64,000 nt of DNA from Bacteroidota bacterium (GCA_002748055.1 PDRI01000095.1:3081-67080); one strand, 5' to 3'; shown: positions 26,993 to 36,803, counted from the stretch's first letter. Numbers and translations are program-made. Notes: generated by a model not told the origin, from the sequence alone.

Positions 26993-28138
26993 CTAAGCTT
27001 TTAGTATAGCCTGCAGACAGCGCATGGCCGTTTGCCCATCCCATAAATCCGGACGAACCGGTTTTCGAACCTTTTTGAGTGCCGCGACGTACTCCTCACG
27101 GATTCGCTCGACATTGTTGCCAACCAACACACTCGCTCCGCCATGCTTCCGAAGTGTTATAGGACGTTCCGTATTCCACCTTAGTGTAAGACACGGGGTT
27201 CCCAGCACCGTACATTCCTCCTGTAATCCACCCGAGTCTGTCAGGAATAGTTTTGCAGACATATTGAGTCGGAGCATCTCATGGTAACCAATGGGGCGCA
27301 TAAGGACAAGATTCGTAGTTGAAGCTACTTTATCCCAAAAACCGAAGCTTTCCAACTGCTTACGGGCTCTTGGATGAATAGGCCAGAGGAGTGGCATTTC
27401 AGCAGCAACCTCATTTGTCAGAAAATCCACAAGAGCTGAAAAAACCTCTTTTTGATCTACATTGGATGGCCTGTGAAGAGTCATCACTGAAAACCCTTCA
27501 TCATTCAGTTCTGGAATCTCTTTTTCAGGATCCAGCAAGTTCTGCCTAACCAACTCATCTTTCAAAAACCCGGCTGCCTTCTCCCTTTGTTCCTCCAGCG
27601 TATCGATCATAATGTTCCCGACAAATTCTATTCTTTCATCACTCACCCCTTCCTTCTTCAGATTTTCATTCGACATAATATCCGGTGTCAATAACAGATC
27701 CGAAAGCCTGTCGGTAACCAAACGGTTTATCTCCTCCGGCATGGTTATATCGCCAGATCGCAATCCAGCTTCAATATGGCAACACTTTATATGCATCTTT
27801 TTTGCAGTGACTGAACAGGCAAGGGTTGCATTTACATCACCAACAACCACAACCCAATCGGGTTTCTCTGCCATCAACACTTTTTCAAAAGCAATCATCG
27901 TATTCCCAACTTGCTCTGCATGAGTTCCGGATCCAACTTCCAGATGAATATCAGCAGGGGGGATATTCAAATCATCAAAGAATTTCTGGGACATCTGGTG
28001 ATCATAATGCTGACCTGTATGAACCAGAAGGTGTTCAAGCTTGTCCCTGCTATTCTCGTTGTACCGGTCAATGGCTCGAATAAAAGGGGCAATTTTCATA
28101 AAATTCGGTCGGGCACCTACCACAGAAATTATTTTCAT
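26993..28138 (-). CDS. wecB: UDP-N-acetylglucosamine 2-epimerase (non-hydrolysing).
   Basis: MKIISVVGARPNFMKIAPFIRAI...HLLVHTGQHYDHQMSQKFFDDLNIP.ADIHLEVGSGTHAEQ...TDSGGLQEE. Confidence 0.9.
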   Translation of the reverse strand: MKIISVVGARPNFMKIAPFIRAIDRYNENSRDKLEHLLVHTGQHYDHQMSQKFFDDLNIPPADIHLEVGSGTHAEQVGNTMIAFEKVLMAEKPDWVVVVGDVNATLACSVTAKKMHIKCCHIEAGLRSGDITMPEEINRLVTDRLSDLLLTPDIMSNENLKKEGVSDERIEFVGNIMIDTLEEQREKAAGFLKDELVRQNLLDPEKEIPELNDEGFSVMTLHRPSNVDQKEVFSALVDFLTNEVAAEMPLLWPIHPRARKQLESFGFWDKVASTTNLVLMRPIGYHEMLRLNMSAKLFLTDSGGLQEECTVLGTPCLTLRWNTERPITLRKHGGASVLVGNNVERIREEYVAALKKVRKPVRPDLWDGQTAMRCLQAILKA

Positions 28139-28187
28139 AAAATTGAATTAAGTAACACTATCTATGCAAAAAACAATTCCGCGAAGC

Positions 28188-31100
28188 TTAATGGACCAGT
28201 AACCTGCGCGTAACGGCCCTGTCTCCGACGATGAGCATAACTGCATATACACCATCCTCCAAAAACGAAGATAAGGAAAATGACAATTCAATTGAATTCG
28301 TTGCTTCGCCCCCTGAAAAAGAATCAAGCGGTTCATCTGCATTTGAACAAAGGTCGCCAAGCTCCAGCTTCTGCACATAAACAATTTGTCCCATCATATC
28401 GGAAATCCTTAAATAAGCCGGACCTGAATTACTTAGTGAACACTCTATATGCATCCTGAAATCACCACTATTGGGATTTGGATAGAGGACCATATACAAA
28501 CTATCATTGTAGTAATCTGGCAATACATTCTCCAGAATCAACTCTTTCATCTCCCCCAGGACGTAACCCTGGTCGGTCTTCGCAAAGGGAGTTACCTCAT
28601 AGGAAGTATTCTCATCCACAAAAAGGCTGGTAGTGTAGTTAATCTCTCCGGGACCGGCATCGTAATTCCTTAGAATTTCTTCGTCGCTCAAAGCTCTGCT
28701 GTATATTGCTGCCAAATAGAAAATTCCACGCCAGGGCCTTTCTCCTGTAAGTTCATTCGCAAATACGAGCTCATAATTATCCGAAAAGCTCGAGAAATCC
28801 CCGTCCCTTCGTCCGCTATAAACCTTGTCCCCATCAATAAAGATGGATTCCTCCCCACCTGATCCACGCTTATACACCACATGGTAAAGCCCCGGAACCG
28901 TATGATTCTCTTCGGTCAGAATCTCGGGAAACCCATTCTCCGTAGACGATGTTGTATTCAGGCGGGAGGCAAAATTAAAGAAAGCCTGGTTTCCGCTCTG
29001 CCCCAACATGAAAGCCCGGTTATTATTGTCTAACGACAGTCCCATAATCCGGGCAGGGCCGCTCTGACTTACCTCCGATGGTCGAATCCAGGTTTCAAGT
29101 GTTAACTCGTTTGTAGATTTCAAACTGGCAATTAGTTCCTTTGGGATAGCTTCAGATTTGATGATTGTATTCCCGTCTACCTTCAGTCCCTGCCCCGGGA
29201 GCCATGAGGTACCCAATGGGTTTATAATATCCAGGTTGATTGGGTCATCACGATCACTGCGATCATATACCCGCATCCCATTTCCATGCGAAAAATCATA
29301 GAGTAATTCCAAACCACGGCTGACACGCTTTTCGTGCCCAACTTCGGAAAATTCCTGATCTGCATAAATGACCCTGTCTTCGTATTCAACGATATTGTTC
29401 GTATCTCGTTTGGTAACCAACAAGCCGTAGTTCTGCAAATTGGTATGCCCGTGAGTTTCCATCTGAGAAACAGCCGCAGCTACGTTGGGCGAAAGCGTAG
29501 ATAAAAATTCAACAATTTGCACCTCAGGTAAGCTTGCGACAACTAAGCCCTGACTTTTCGTTGTTTCTACAATCTCATTGGAAGGCAGACTTTCATTCAG
29601 TGCATGATCATAAGCCACAACCCGTATAGCATAGCTAATGCCCGGACTGAGTCCGGTAAGCGTATAGTTATTCCCCGTCGACTCTCCTCTGGCGAAGCCA
29701 TTAACGATGATACTATAACCAGTAACCCCGACATTGTCAATGGAGGGGGTCCATTCAATTGATATCGAGGTTTGTGAGACAAGCGTAGATTTGAGATTTC
29801 CTGGTGGAGAAGGAGGATCTACATCTGGCGCCCGAGTCCTCACCCGTAGCATCTCACTTGGAGCGCTCATATTTACAGATGCATCAACCGCAACTATATA
29901 CACATCGTATTGGGAGCTGTGATTCAGCCCCCTGAGATCAAAATAAGTATAAGGTGTTGTGCCATGCCACCTGTCCTCAGGTTCCTCAACAGAATAAATC
30001 ATGTACCCCCCCATTTCTGCGTCATCCGTAGACGCATCCCAAGAAAGTGTAACAGAATTTTCCGTAGAATCTGTTGCGAGCAGATTCTGAGGGACCGTTG
30101 GCGGGGTTATATCAAGATCTGTAGTCGAGACATAGAGCTCTGTGCTTCGACCGCTCTCATTTCCTGCCTTATCATAGGCGCTGACCGAAAATGAATAGGG
30201 AGAATTCGGCTCAAGACCAGCAACCCTGCAAGTCCTTGTACTCGTGGTAGTCACTTCGACTCCTTGCTTGTAAACACGGTATCCGGCAACACCAACATTA
30301 TCGATGGATGCTCCCCATTCCAAGTCAATAAAAGTACCCGTCACATTACTGGTTTTCAGACCTCCCGGGACTGATGGCGGACTGTTATCAACCTCTGGCT
30401 CCTGATGCTGGGTCTTCATATTGGGCAGCTCCAGAACCCTGCCGGGGGGGCTTACAACATTCCCTCTGGGAACATTCATGTCGTCTCCGTAGGTAAAACA
30501 GACGAAATCATCCAACAAGGTCCATTCCTTGCGCACAGGTTTCCAAATAGAGGTGTTCCCTCCAAAAAAATGCCCCAAAGAAATCTGGTTCACCCCCTTA
30601 TCGATATCAGAAGCTGTTAGCAGATACATCCCTGATTTGGATTCAACCAGCTTTCCATCAATAAAGCCTTCCATGATCCCGTCAGAATTGGGAACGCCTC
30701 CCGTGAAAGAATTGATAACAACACGAATGGTTATGTTATACCATCTTGGCTCCGAAACATCAAACTTAAAACGCCCATTATCATAGTCGAGGCCTTCGGG
30801 TTGATAGGTATCCCAGAAGTCTGTCTCCCCCCACTCATCCCGATTCTGATTCTGGTAGAAACAGTAAAAGGCCAAACCTCCATAGGGCTGAAACATAATT
30901 GCAGTTGAATAGCCTTCCCCTTCTCCCGGACGAACGCAATTCTGCTGAGTAGCTTTGTTTAAAGGAGACCCACCATTGGTCGCCGGAAGCTTTCCTCCCA
31001 TCGCAAAATCAAAACCAGGCCTGAAAAACACATTATAGGAAAGGTACATTTCTTTCGGTTCTGCACCAATGTTCACCTTCCAGTAATCTCCACCCCTGTA

Positions 31101-31514
31101 TGGTGACTCCCCTGAATAGCCTCCCACCACAGTATCGGTGAAATTAAACTTCATCGCAACACTCCCGGTGAGTGGATCCAATACAATGCTGTCTTTAATA
31201 TGGTTTGCAAACCAGGAAGGCCAGCGGTTATCACCATCTCTCCATCCGGGATAACTCCAATCGGGATTCCAAAGATCCGTTGTATACTCAAAAGGGATTT
31301 GACGATTCCGGTGATGCTCCAGGTCCTGCGAATAGATGATATTAAAACTGGCCGGCTTTTTCCCGCCATCTTCGGTTTTACCAACATTCTCATCCAGTCT
31401 GCCCGGCTGTGACCATCCACTACCTACCATTGCCAAAAAGGCCAGGCCCCATCCAAGTCGTAGACTCCTCCACCTCCCCTTGCGCTTACCCATACAAATC
31501 TGAACCATCACCAT
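28188..31514 (-). CDS. Large secreted protein (1108 aa). Order: signal peptide, jelly-roll domain tentatively PL14-like (polysaccharide lyase), 3 FN3 domains, LamG (Laminin_G_3-like) domain, T9SS C-terminal sorting domain.
   Basis: N-terminal domain: YLSYNVFFRPGFDFAMGGKLPATNGG...C, which resembles the GGKLPGLYGG motif I recall for PL14. FN3 x3 at ~29560-30385 (IDLEWGASIDNVGVAGYRVY..., VTLSWDASTDD..., ISIEWTPSIDNVGVTGYSI...). LamG-like: LTLETWIRPSE...FANELTGERPWRGIFYLAAIYSRALSDEEI. Tail: LYPNPNSGDFRMHIE...VMLIVGDRAVTRRLLVH. Confidence 0.8.
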   Translation of the reverse strand: MVMVQICMGKRKGRWRSLRLGWGLAFLAMVGSGWSQPGRLDENVGKTEDGGKKPASFNIIYSQDLEHHRNRQIPFEYTTDLWNPDWSYPGWRDGDNRWPSWFANHIKDSIVLDPLTGSVAMKFNFTDTVVGGYSGESPYRGGDYWKVNIGAEPKEMYLSYNVFFRPGFDFAMGGKLPATNGGSPLNKATQQNCVRPGEGEGYSTAIMFQPYGGLAFYCFYQNQNRDEWGETDFWDTYQPEGLDYDNGRFKFDVSEPRWYNITIRVVINSFTGGVPNSDGIMEGFIDGKLVESKSGMYLLTASDIDKGVNQISLGHFFGGNTSIWKPVRKEWTLLDDFVCFTYGDDMNVPRGNVVSPPGRVLELPNMKTQHQEPEVDNSPPSVPGGLKTSNVTGTFIDLEWGASIDNVGVAGYRVYKQGVEVTTTSTRTCRVAGLEPNSPYSFSVSAYDKAGNESGRSTELYVSTTDLDITPPTVPQNLLATDSTENSVTLSWDASTDDAEMGGYMIYSVEEPEDRWHGTTPYTYFDLRGLNHSSQYDVYIVAVDASVNMSAPSEMLRVRTRAPDVDPPSPPGNLKSTLVSQTSISIEWTPSIDNVGVTGYSIIVNGFARGESTGNNYTLTGLSPGISYAIRVVAYDHALNESLPSNEIVETTKSQGLVVASLPEVQIVEFLSTLSPNVAAAVSQMETHGHTNLQNYGLLVTKRDTNNIVEYEDRVIYADQEFSEVGHEKRVSRGLELLYDFSHGNGMRVYDRSDRDDPINLDIINPLGTSWLPGQGLKVDGNTIIKSEAIPKELIASLKSTNELTLETWIRPSEVSQSGPARIMGLSLDNNNRAFMLGQSGNQAFFNFASRLNTTSSTENGFPEILTEENHTVPGLYHVVYKRGSGGEESIFIDGDKVYSGRRDGDFSSFSDNYELVFANELTGERPWRGIFYLAAIYSRALSDEEILRNYDAGPGEINYTTSLFVDENTSYEVTPFAKTDQGYVLGEMKELILENVLPDYYNDSLYMVLYPNPNSGDFRMHIECSLSNSGPAYLRISDMMGQIVYVQKLELGDLCSNADEPLDSFSGGEATNSIELSFSLSSFLEDGVYAVMLIVGDRAVTRRLLVH

Positions 31515-31579
31515 CTTCTACAATTTCTCTCTATAGCCTCCTTTAGCAAGACAAGTCCCACGTTATTAATGCATTTTTG

Positions 31580-31587
31580 CAAAAATA
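31580..31587 (-). promoter_or_regulatory. Candidate -7 promoter box (TAnnTTTG on the minus strand).
   Basis: Plus-strand CAAAAATA equals minus-strand TATTTTTG. It lies ~66 bp upstream of the ATG at 31514 and is embedded in the 12-bp palindrome TTTTTGCAAAAA. Confidence 0.35.
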
Positions 31588-31612
31588 TCTCTTTTCTTTA
31601 ACCCCGGAACAA

Positions 31613-31633
31613 ACATGGGCAATAAACCCATGT
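31613..31633 (-). terminator. Weak candidate hairpin downstream of the GT4 gene at 31653..32789.
   Basis: ACATGGG-n7-CCCATGT. On the minus strand it is followed by TTGTT only. Confidence 0.3.
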
Positions 31634-31652
31634 ATTTAACAATCTTTTAGCA

Positions 31653-32789
31653 CTATACCAGCCTTCTGAACGCCGCAAGAAACTCCTCCACCATTTTATT
31701 GGTATTGCTCTTAGTCAGAATAATCTCCCTGGCACTTTCCGACATAACAGCCTTCTCTTCTTCGCTCAAACTAATGTATCGAACCATGGCATCCTGCAGG
31801 CTTTCCTGCTTATGAGCCCGAAAGCGAAATCCGGTTTTACCATCGATAACCAAGTCATCTTCAGTTCCATCTGCTTCACTAACAATACATGGCTTTCCCC
31901 ATATCATAGCCTGGTTTAGTGCAAGCCCCCCGATACCAGGCAGAACCATGCAATCGGCAGCAGCAAAATACGCGTCCACGCCATCCACAATTCTCCCTAG
32001 CCAGTTGATATTAGGATCATTGGCCGCATCAAGCATCTTCAGCATGTCGGCCCTTTCCGGTCCATCCCCAATGATCAATAAACGAATCTCGTCATACTTC
32101 TTCCTCAGCTGTAAAAAGGCCGCAATCAACAAGTCAATCCTTTTCTCGGGGATCAGACCTCCCACGTAAATAAAGGTCTTCTTCCCATCCAGTTTCAGTT
32201 CTTCTCTGACCTTCTTGGCGCTCTGTTTAATCTCCTTTTCATTTTTCAAGAGATCATCAATCTCTATCCCGTTATAACAAGTCGTAATCAGCCCCTTGGC
32301 GACCCCCAAACTCTCAACATAATCGCTTGCCTTCGTGCTATAGGTTAAATGGCAATCCCCTTTTCGAAACATCCTGGAAACCATATGGTTTTTCATCGCT
32401 AACAGGAGCCCCTTTGCTCTACCGGGTTCCCATCCACAACTCCAGATAATCAGCTTCTTCTGTCTGCGTTTTGCCCATGAAGCAATCCGTCGGTTTGTAA
32501 CAATTCCCGCTATACCAGGTAACACAATAATATCCGGATCAAAAGCCCTAACCTTTTCCATAAGCCCTCTGTTCTCCACCACGCTAAAGGGACCTACCTG
32601 TCTCTTGTGCTCTTCAAAAATCTCATTTGCAAAACTAACCTCACCACTGTAAGAAGGGCGGCCATCATTCTTCTGGTGAACACCATGATATACCCTAATT
32701 TCAAAACCTTTCTCCCTTGAAAGCTTCTCATAAAAACTGAGCCTGTAGTGCTGAAGAGTAACGGTAATGAATGCAACTTTTACTGCCAT
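31653..32789 (-). CDS. Group 1 (GT4) glycosyltransferase.
   Basis: 378 aa. FIYVGGLIPEKRIDLLIAAF...LLIIGDGPE...ADCMVLPGIGGLALNQAMIWGKPCIVSEADGTEDDLVIDGKTGFRF. Confidence 0.8.
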   Translation of the reverse strand: MAVKVAFITVTLQHYRLSFYEKLSREKGFEIRVYHGVHQKNDGRPSYSGEVSFANEIFEEHKRQVGPFSVVENRGLMEKVRAFDPDIIVLPGIAGIVTNRRIASWAKRRQKKLIIWSCGWEPGRAKGLLLAMKNHMVSRMFRKGDCHLTYSTKASDYVESLGVAKGLITTCYNGIEIDDLLKNEKEIKQSAKKVREELKLDGKKTFIYVGGLIPEKRIDLLIAAFLQLRKKYDEIRLLIIGDGPERADMLKMLDAANDPNINWLGRIVDGVDAYFAAADCMVLPGIGGLALNQAMIWGKPCIVSEADGTEDDLVIDGKTGFRFRAHKQESLQDAMVRYISLSEEEKAVMSESAREIILTKSNTNKMVEEFLAAFRRLV

Positions 32790-32954
32790 AAGTATAGCTG
32801 GTTTCAGATATCAAGAATCCAACAGATGAATTTAGTGCTTTATATCAAGTCCACAAAATCCATGTACGGACAAACGAGCATGAAGTTTCCAAAAAATATT
32901 GCGATCTTTCCGTTGCGCTAAAAAAATATCTGCTCATAGCGAAGGTGCAAAACA

Positions 32955-33031
32955 ATGAAAAACCTAAAGCCTGCATATTATTTATCCTCCATCTTCCTCC
33001 ACTCATTCGTGGATCAGTATTAAAAATGTGA
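32955..33031 (+). pseudogene. Frameshifted 5' remnant of a GT4 glycosyltransferase gene, related to the N-terminus of 25559..26680.
   Basis: ATG at 32955 gives MKNLK. After a +2 shift at 32972 the frame reads CILFILHLPPLIRGSVLKM*, stopping at 33029-33031. Compare MKAKKILFILHLPPPVHGASQI in the intact gene. 15 consecutive codons align at DNA level. Confidence 0.55.
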
Positions 33032-33039
33032 AATTGCCT

Positions 33040-34059
33040 ATGAAAGAGACGATGTATCTTTACCCGATAACGGGCAGAAGGAACGAGACCGTTACCAATC
33101 CCTATGTATACAGGCTGGCCGATGTCCTGTCGAAGGATTTTGAGATTCTAAATCTTGAAACTCCTTCCACAACAGGCATCATCGACTTACTGAAGTACCT
33201 TCGGAGGGTAAAAATCATCTATTTAAACTGGATCGAAGACCTGCCGGAAAAGCATATGGGTGTAATCCAGACAATTTTCTTCATCCCCCTTGCCATTCTG
33301 TTAAAAATCTTTGGTAAAAGACTGGTATGGACCCTTCACAACAAAAGATCTCATTCGAAAAAATATCCGCATCTAAAGCAGCTTCTATTCAACTTCATGC
33401 GCAGGCAGAGTGATCTGGTCGTTACCCATGCCAGCGAAGGTTTGGACTGTATACCGAACAACAAAAGGAAGGCATATTTCCCTCATCCTGTATACAATTC
33501 GACCCTAAAAACAGGTACAAAGAAACAATACGATCTGATAATTTGGGGCTCTATTACTCGATACAAAGGGGTTGACAGTTTTATCCAATTCATGGAGAAG
33601 GAAGATCGCCTGAATCAGATGGATATTCTCATTGCAGGAAAGATTAGTCACAGCGATATTGAAAACTATCTCATTAAAATGAGTAAAGAATACACGCGGC
33701 TGACGGTCATCAATCGCTTCATCGAAAATGAAGAACTAGATGCCTTCATCGCCAGGTCAAAGATCATCCTCTTTACGTATCACGCAAAATCTATTCTCAG
33801 CTCAGGTGCCCTGATGGATTCACTTAACTACAAGTCTTGGATTATCGGCCCCAAGGTTGGTGGATTCCTCGACCTTCAAAAAGAAGGCATCATTCAAACC
33901 TACGACACCTTTGAAGACTTACCTGCACTAATCGACATGCTTCTGAGGAAGGAGCTTGAAAATGACTCTTCCCTTGAAAAAAGAATCTCTTTCATGGAAA
34001 AACACAGCTGGGATGCCTATGGAGCCTGGTTAAACAACGAAATCAAAGCATTGATCTAG
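33040..34059 (+). CDS. Probable GT-B fold glycosyltransferase.
   Basis: The track ORF starts with GTG at 33028. ATG candidates are at 33040 (MKETMYLYP) and 33052. Motifs: LVWTLHNKRSH, DLIIWGSITRYKGVDSFI, ILFTYHAKSILSSGALMDSL. Confidence 0.5.
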   Translation: MKETMYLYPITGRRNETVTNPYVYRLADVLSKDFEILNLETPSTTGIIDLLKYLRRVKIIYLNWIEDLPEKHMGVIQTIFFIPLAILLKIFGKRLVWTLHNKRSHSKKYPHLKQLLFNFMRRQSDLVVTHASEGLDCIPNNKRKAYFPHPVYNSTLKTGTKKQYDLIIWGSITRYKGVDSFIQFMEKEDRLNQMDILIAGKISHSDIENYLIKMSKEYTRLTVINRFIENEELDAFIARSKIILFTYHAKSILSSGALMDSLNYKSWIIGPKVGGFLDLQKEGIIQTYDTFEDLPALIDMLLRKELENDSSLEKRISFMEKHSWDAYGAWLNNEIKALI

Positions 34060-34079
34060 AAAACGCTAATATTTTGATA

Positions 34080-34982
34080 ATGTATAATATAGCTATACTG
34101 ATACCGGTATTTAACAAGCTTGAATATACCAAGAGGTGTATTGCCCAGCTCAGCGAATTCAGGATAGATCCGGAGCTGCAACACAGCTGTTTAAGTATCG
34201 TCCTCATAGATGACGGCTCGAGCGATGGAACCAGTGAATGGGTCAGGAAACAACACCCGGAAGTTCATCTGCTTGAAGGAGATGGCACGCTCTGGTGGAG
34301 TGGAGGAATCAATATGGGTGCAAAATATGCCATCGAAACGCTGAAGGCAGACTTTCTGCTACTCTGGAACAACGATATTCAGGTAGCCGCTGATTATTTC
34401 AAAAAACTTGATCTGCTGCTCCCCGACCTGGCAAAAGACACCGTGGTTGGCTCGAAGGTATACGAAGCGATAGGAAGCGACATCATCTGGGCTTTTGGAG
34501 GATATTTCAACGCTAAAACAGGAACGAATTACATGATCGGTACAAGACAAAAAGATGGTGAAGCTTACATGAGTGCCAGGGAAGTTGACTGGATTCCCGG
34601 CATGGGCACCATGTTCCCCGTAGCTGTCGTTCAAAAGATCGGCTTCTGGAACGATGAAGACTTTCCTCAATACTATGGTGACAGTGATTACACCCTCAGG
34701 GCAAAGAAAGCCGGATACCACAACATTGTTTACCCTCAGCTGAGGATATGGAACGACAACAGCAGCACAGGCCTCACCCACCAGGGGAGCTTTAGAGGCC
34801 TGTGCAGAACCCTGACAGATATGAAGTCCAGTTCAAAACTCAGTACGAACATCCGGTTTTACCGGCTGCATGCCACCTCTCCACTAGCCTATCAACGACT
34901 AATTGCACATTATTTCAAAATGATCGGAGGATTTTTTAAGTGGAAAATACTCGCCATGTTCGGGATGAAAAAGAAACGGTGA
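34080..34982 (+). CDS. Family 2 glycosyltransferase, paralog of 23424..24326.
   Basis: The track ORF starts with TTG at 34074 and the ATG is at 34080 (MYNIAILIPVFNKLEYTKRCIAQL). Motifs: IVLIDDGSSDGTSEWV, LWWSGGINMGA, LLWNNDI, GDSDYTLRAKKAGY. Confidence 0.85.
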   Translation: MYNIAILIPVFNKLEYTKRCIAQLSEFRIDPELQHSCLSIVLIDDGSSDGTSEWVRKQHPEVHLLEGDGTLWWSGGINMGAKYAIETLKADFLLLWNNDIQVAADYFKKLDLLLPDLAKDTVVGSKVYEAIGSDIIWAFGGYFNAKTGTNYMIGTRQKDGEAYMSAREVDWIPGMGTMFPVAVVQKIGFWNDEDFPQYYGDSDYTLRAKKAGYHNIVYPQLRIWNDNSSTGLTHQGSFRGLCRTLTDMKSSSKLSTNIRFYRLHATSPLAYQRLIAHYFKMIGGFFKWKILAMFGMKKKR

Positions 34983-35000
34983 GGCGCTGCCTCACCGTTT
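34974..35000. terminator. Bidirectional intrinsic terminator between convergent operons.
   Basis: AAACGGTGAGGC-gct-GCCTCACCGTTT is a perfect 12-bp stem, A-rich on the 5' side and T-rich on the 3' side. The TGA stop of the plus-strand gene lies within the stem. Confidence 0.75.
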
Positions 35001-35024
35001 CTTTAACATCGCTCACCCTGCAAT

Positions 35025-36197
35025 CTACAAACCAAGCATTTCGGGATCAACACCCCGCTCATTGAGCATCTTGCGTATCTCCTCCATGTAAACCGAATTC
35101 ATCACAATAACCACATCCGGCTTGTATTCTTCCATGAAATCAGGACCAACATACTGAAGCCCAATCCCCGGAATATAGTTCCCGTGCATGTGGGGATTGA
35201 TGTCTACAACGTGTTCAATGACCCCTATGTCGTTGAACTGGGTCAGAAAGCCAACAGACTTTGAGCCGCCGCCCCAGACAACCACTTTCTTCCCTTCCTG
35301 CTTGTAGCGGTTCAGTCGTTCCCTCCATTCGCCAAGCTGAAGGTTGATCTTTTCAACGAAAACCCTGGTCAGTTCTTTCAGCTCCTCAACCGATTCCTCG
35401 AGCGGATGAATCTTTGTGGAAATCTCTTTTACCGGTTTTGCCTCAATAAAAAGATACTGTTCGTCGTACTCGAGATACATATCCAGCACCTCGAAACCAT
35501 TCATGCGGAACAATCTGGCCAGGGAACCAGGACTCAGATAGGTACAGTGCTCATAAAAGATATCCCAGAAAGCCTGGATCTTCAGAATACGGACAATACA
35601 GGGAATCTCGAAGAACAGCACTACTTTTTCATTGTCCTTGATCGACTTTCTGATGGTTTCCAGAAATCCGTAGGTATCATGAATATGCTCCAGAGTGTGC
35701 CTGCAGGCAATACAGTCGGCCTGAAGGTCGCCATGTTCCTCCGAATAAAACTCCTTAATAAAACGCAGCCTCGGGTTTTCCTTGGTCCGTCCGGGCACCC
35801 AGGCAGGATCGATCCCGATCCCATTGTTATCGCCCAGCTCGCACATCAGGGAGATAAAGTCGCCTTTCCCGCAGCCAATTTCAATCACATCCTTCTTCTT
35901 GATATCGTATTTGTCGATAAAGCGCTGAGTGACTCCGGTGATAAACTTCACAAAGGTGGGAGAAAAACCCTGCTGATCCTCATAACCCTGGGTATAGTAG
36001 TCCAGGGTGGTATCAAAGGAACTGTTAAAGATAAAGCCACAATGATTACAAATGGCCAGATCAATGGGCTTGGTGGGAATGGAAAGTGCTTCTTCCTTGT
36101 CCTTAATGGTCACAAGGCTGTGCACCGGTGCAGCCGGTATGCTGAAGAAATCTTCATAATCGGCCTTCCGGCAGTTTGGGCAATGGCTATGTTTCAT
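35025..36197 (-). CDS. SAM-dependent NDP-hexose C-methyltransferase-like enzyme (TylCIII/TcaB9-type architecture).
   Basis: 390 aa. The N-terminal four-Cys zinc ribbon is CPNC...CNHC. SAM motif I: VIEIGCGKGDF. The extended C-terminal domain is as in sugar C-methyltransferases. Confidence 0.7.
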   Translation of the reverse strand: MKHSHCPNCRKADYEDFFSIPAAPVHSLVTIKDKEEALSIPTKPIDLAICNHCGFIFNSSFDTTLDYYTQGYEDQQGFSPTFVKFITGVTQRFIDKYDIKKKDVIEIGCGKGDFISLMCELGDNNGIGIDPAWVPGRTKENPRLRFIKEFYSEEHGDLQADCIACRHTLEHIHDTYGFLETIRKSIKDNEKVVLFFEIPCIVRILKIQAFWDIFYEHCTYLSPGSLARLFRMNGFEVLDMYLEYDEQYLFIEAKPVKEISTKIHPLEESVEELKELTRVFVEKINLQLGEWRERLNRYKQEGKKVVVWGGGSKSVGFLTQFNDIGVIEHVVDINPHMHGNYIPGIGLQYVGPDFMEEYKPDVVIVMNSVYMEEIRKMLNERGVDPEMLGL

Positions 36198-36229
36198 TGA
36201 AATCTGATTTTATCGGTTTGTTCTGCTAA

Positions 36230-36775
36230 CTATTTATTAAAGGTATTCACATCGAAATCGGGATGCCCCAGATCCTTTTCAGACACATGTTCTACCGGAA
36301 TGGGCCAATCGATATCAAAAGCAGGATCGTTATAACGGATGCCCCGTTCGGCACCAGGCGTATAGAATTCGGTCACCGGATAGTAAATCTCGCAATCGTC
36401 CTCCAGTGCCAGCATAGCATGGGCAAAATTCTCAGGAACATAGGCCATTCTGCAATTCTCGGCACTCAATTCCTGCCCCACCCACTCCATAAAAGTTGGT
36501 GACTCCGGCCTAAGGTCGATCATCAGATCCCAGATCCTTCCTCGGGTACAGCGGATAAATTTCGATTCCTGATAAGGATCAATCTGATAGTGCATCCCCC
36601 TGATGGTCCCCTTTTTCAAGGTCCTGGAGGTATTAATCTGCTTAATACGGCCATTGATCCCATGGTCCTCAAATTCCTTTTGGCACCAGGCACGTCCGAA
36701 AAAGCCCCTTTCATCCTCAAGCTTCTTTATCTCAACGAGAAAGGCCCCTTTTAGTTTTGTTTCATGAAAGATCAT
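36230..36775 (-). CDS. dTDP-4-dehydrorhamnose 3,5-epimerase family (RmlC-like cupin) sugar epimerase.
   Basis: The likely start is MIFHETKLKGAFLVEIKKLEDERGFFGRAW at 36775 (the track ORF extends to 36826 and overlaps the upstream gene). Motif: IRGMHYQ...ESKFIRCTRGRIWDLMIDLR. Confidence 0.85.
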   Translation of the reverse strand: MIFHETKLKGAFLVEIKKLEDERGFFGRAWCQKEFEDHGINGRIKQINTSRTLKKGTIRGMHYQIDPYQESKFIRCTRGRIWDLMIDLRPESPTFMEWVGQELSAENCRMAYVPENFAHAMLALEDDCEIYYPVTEFYTPGAERGIRYNDPAFDIDWPIPVEHVSEKDLGHPDFDVNTFNK

Positions 36776-36803
36776 CTTCCTTGGTTTTAAATGATTCCGG
36801 GGG

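Noticed and set aside
35406-36200. 264-aa plus-strand ORF.
   Set aside because: It is fully antisense to the C-methyltransferase gene, which has clear zinc-ribbon and SAM motifs. The translation is low-complexity with no motifs, so it is a shadow ORF.
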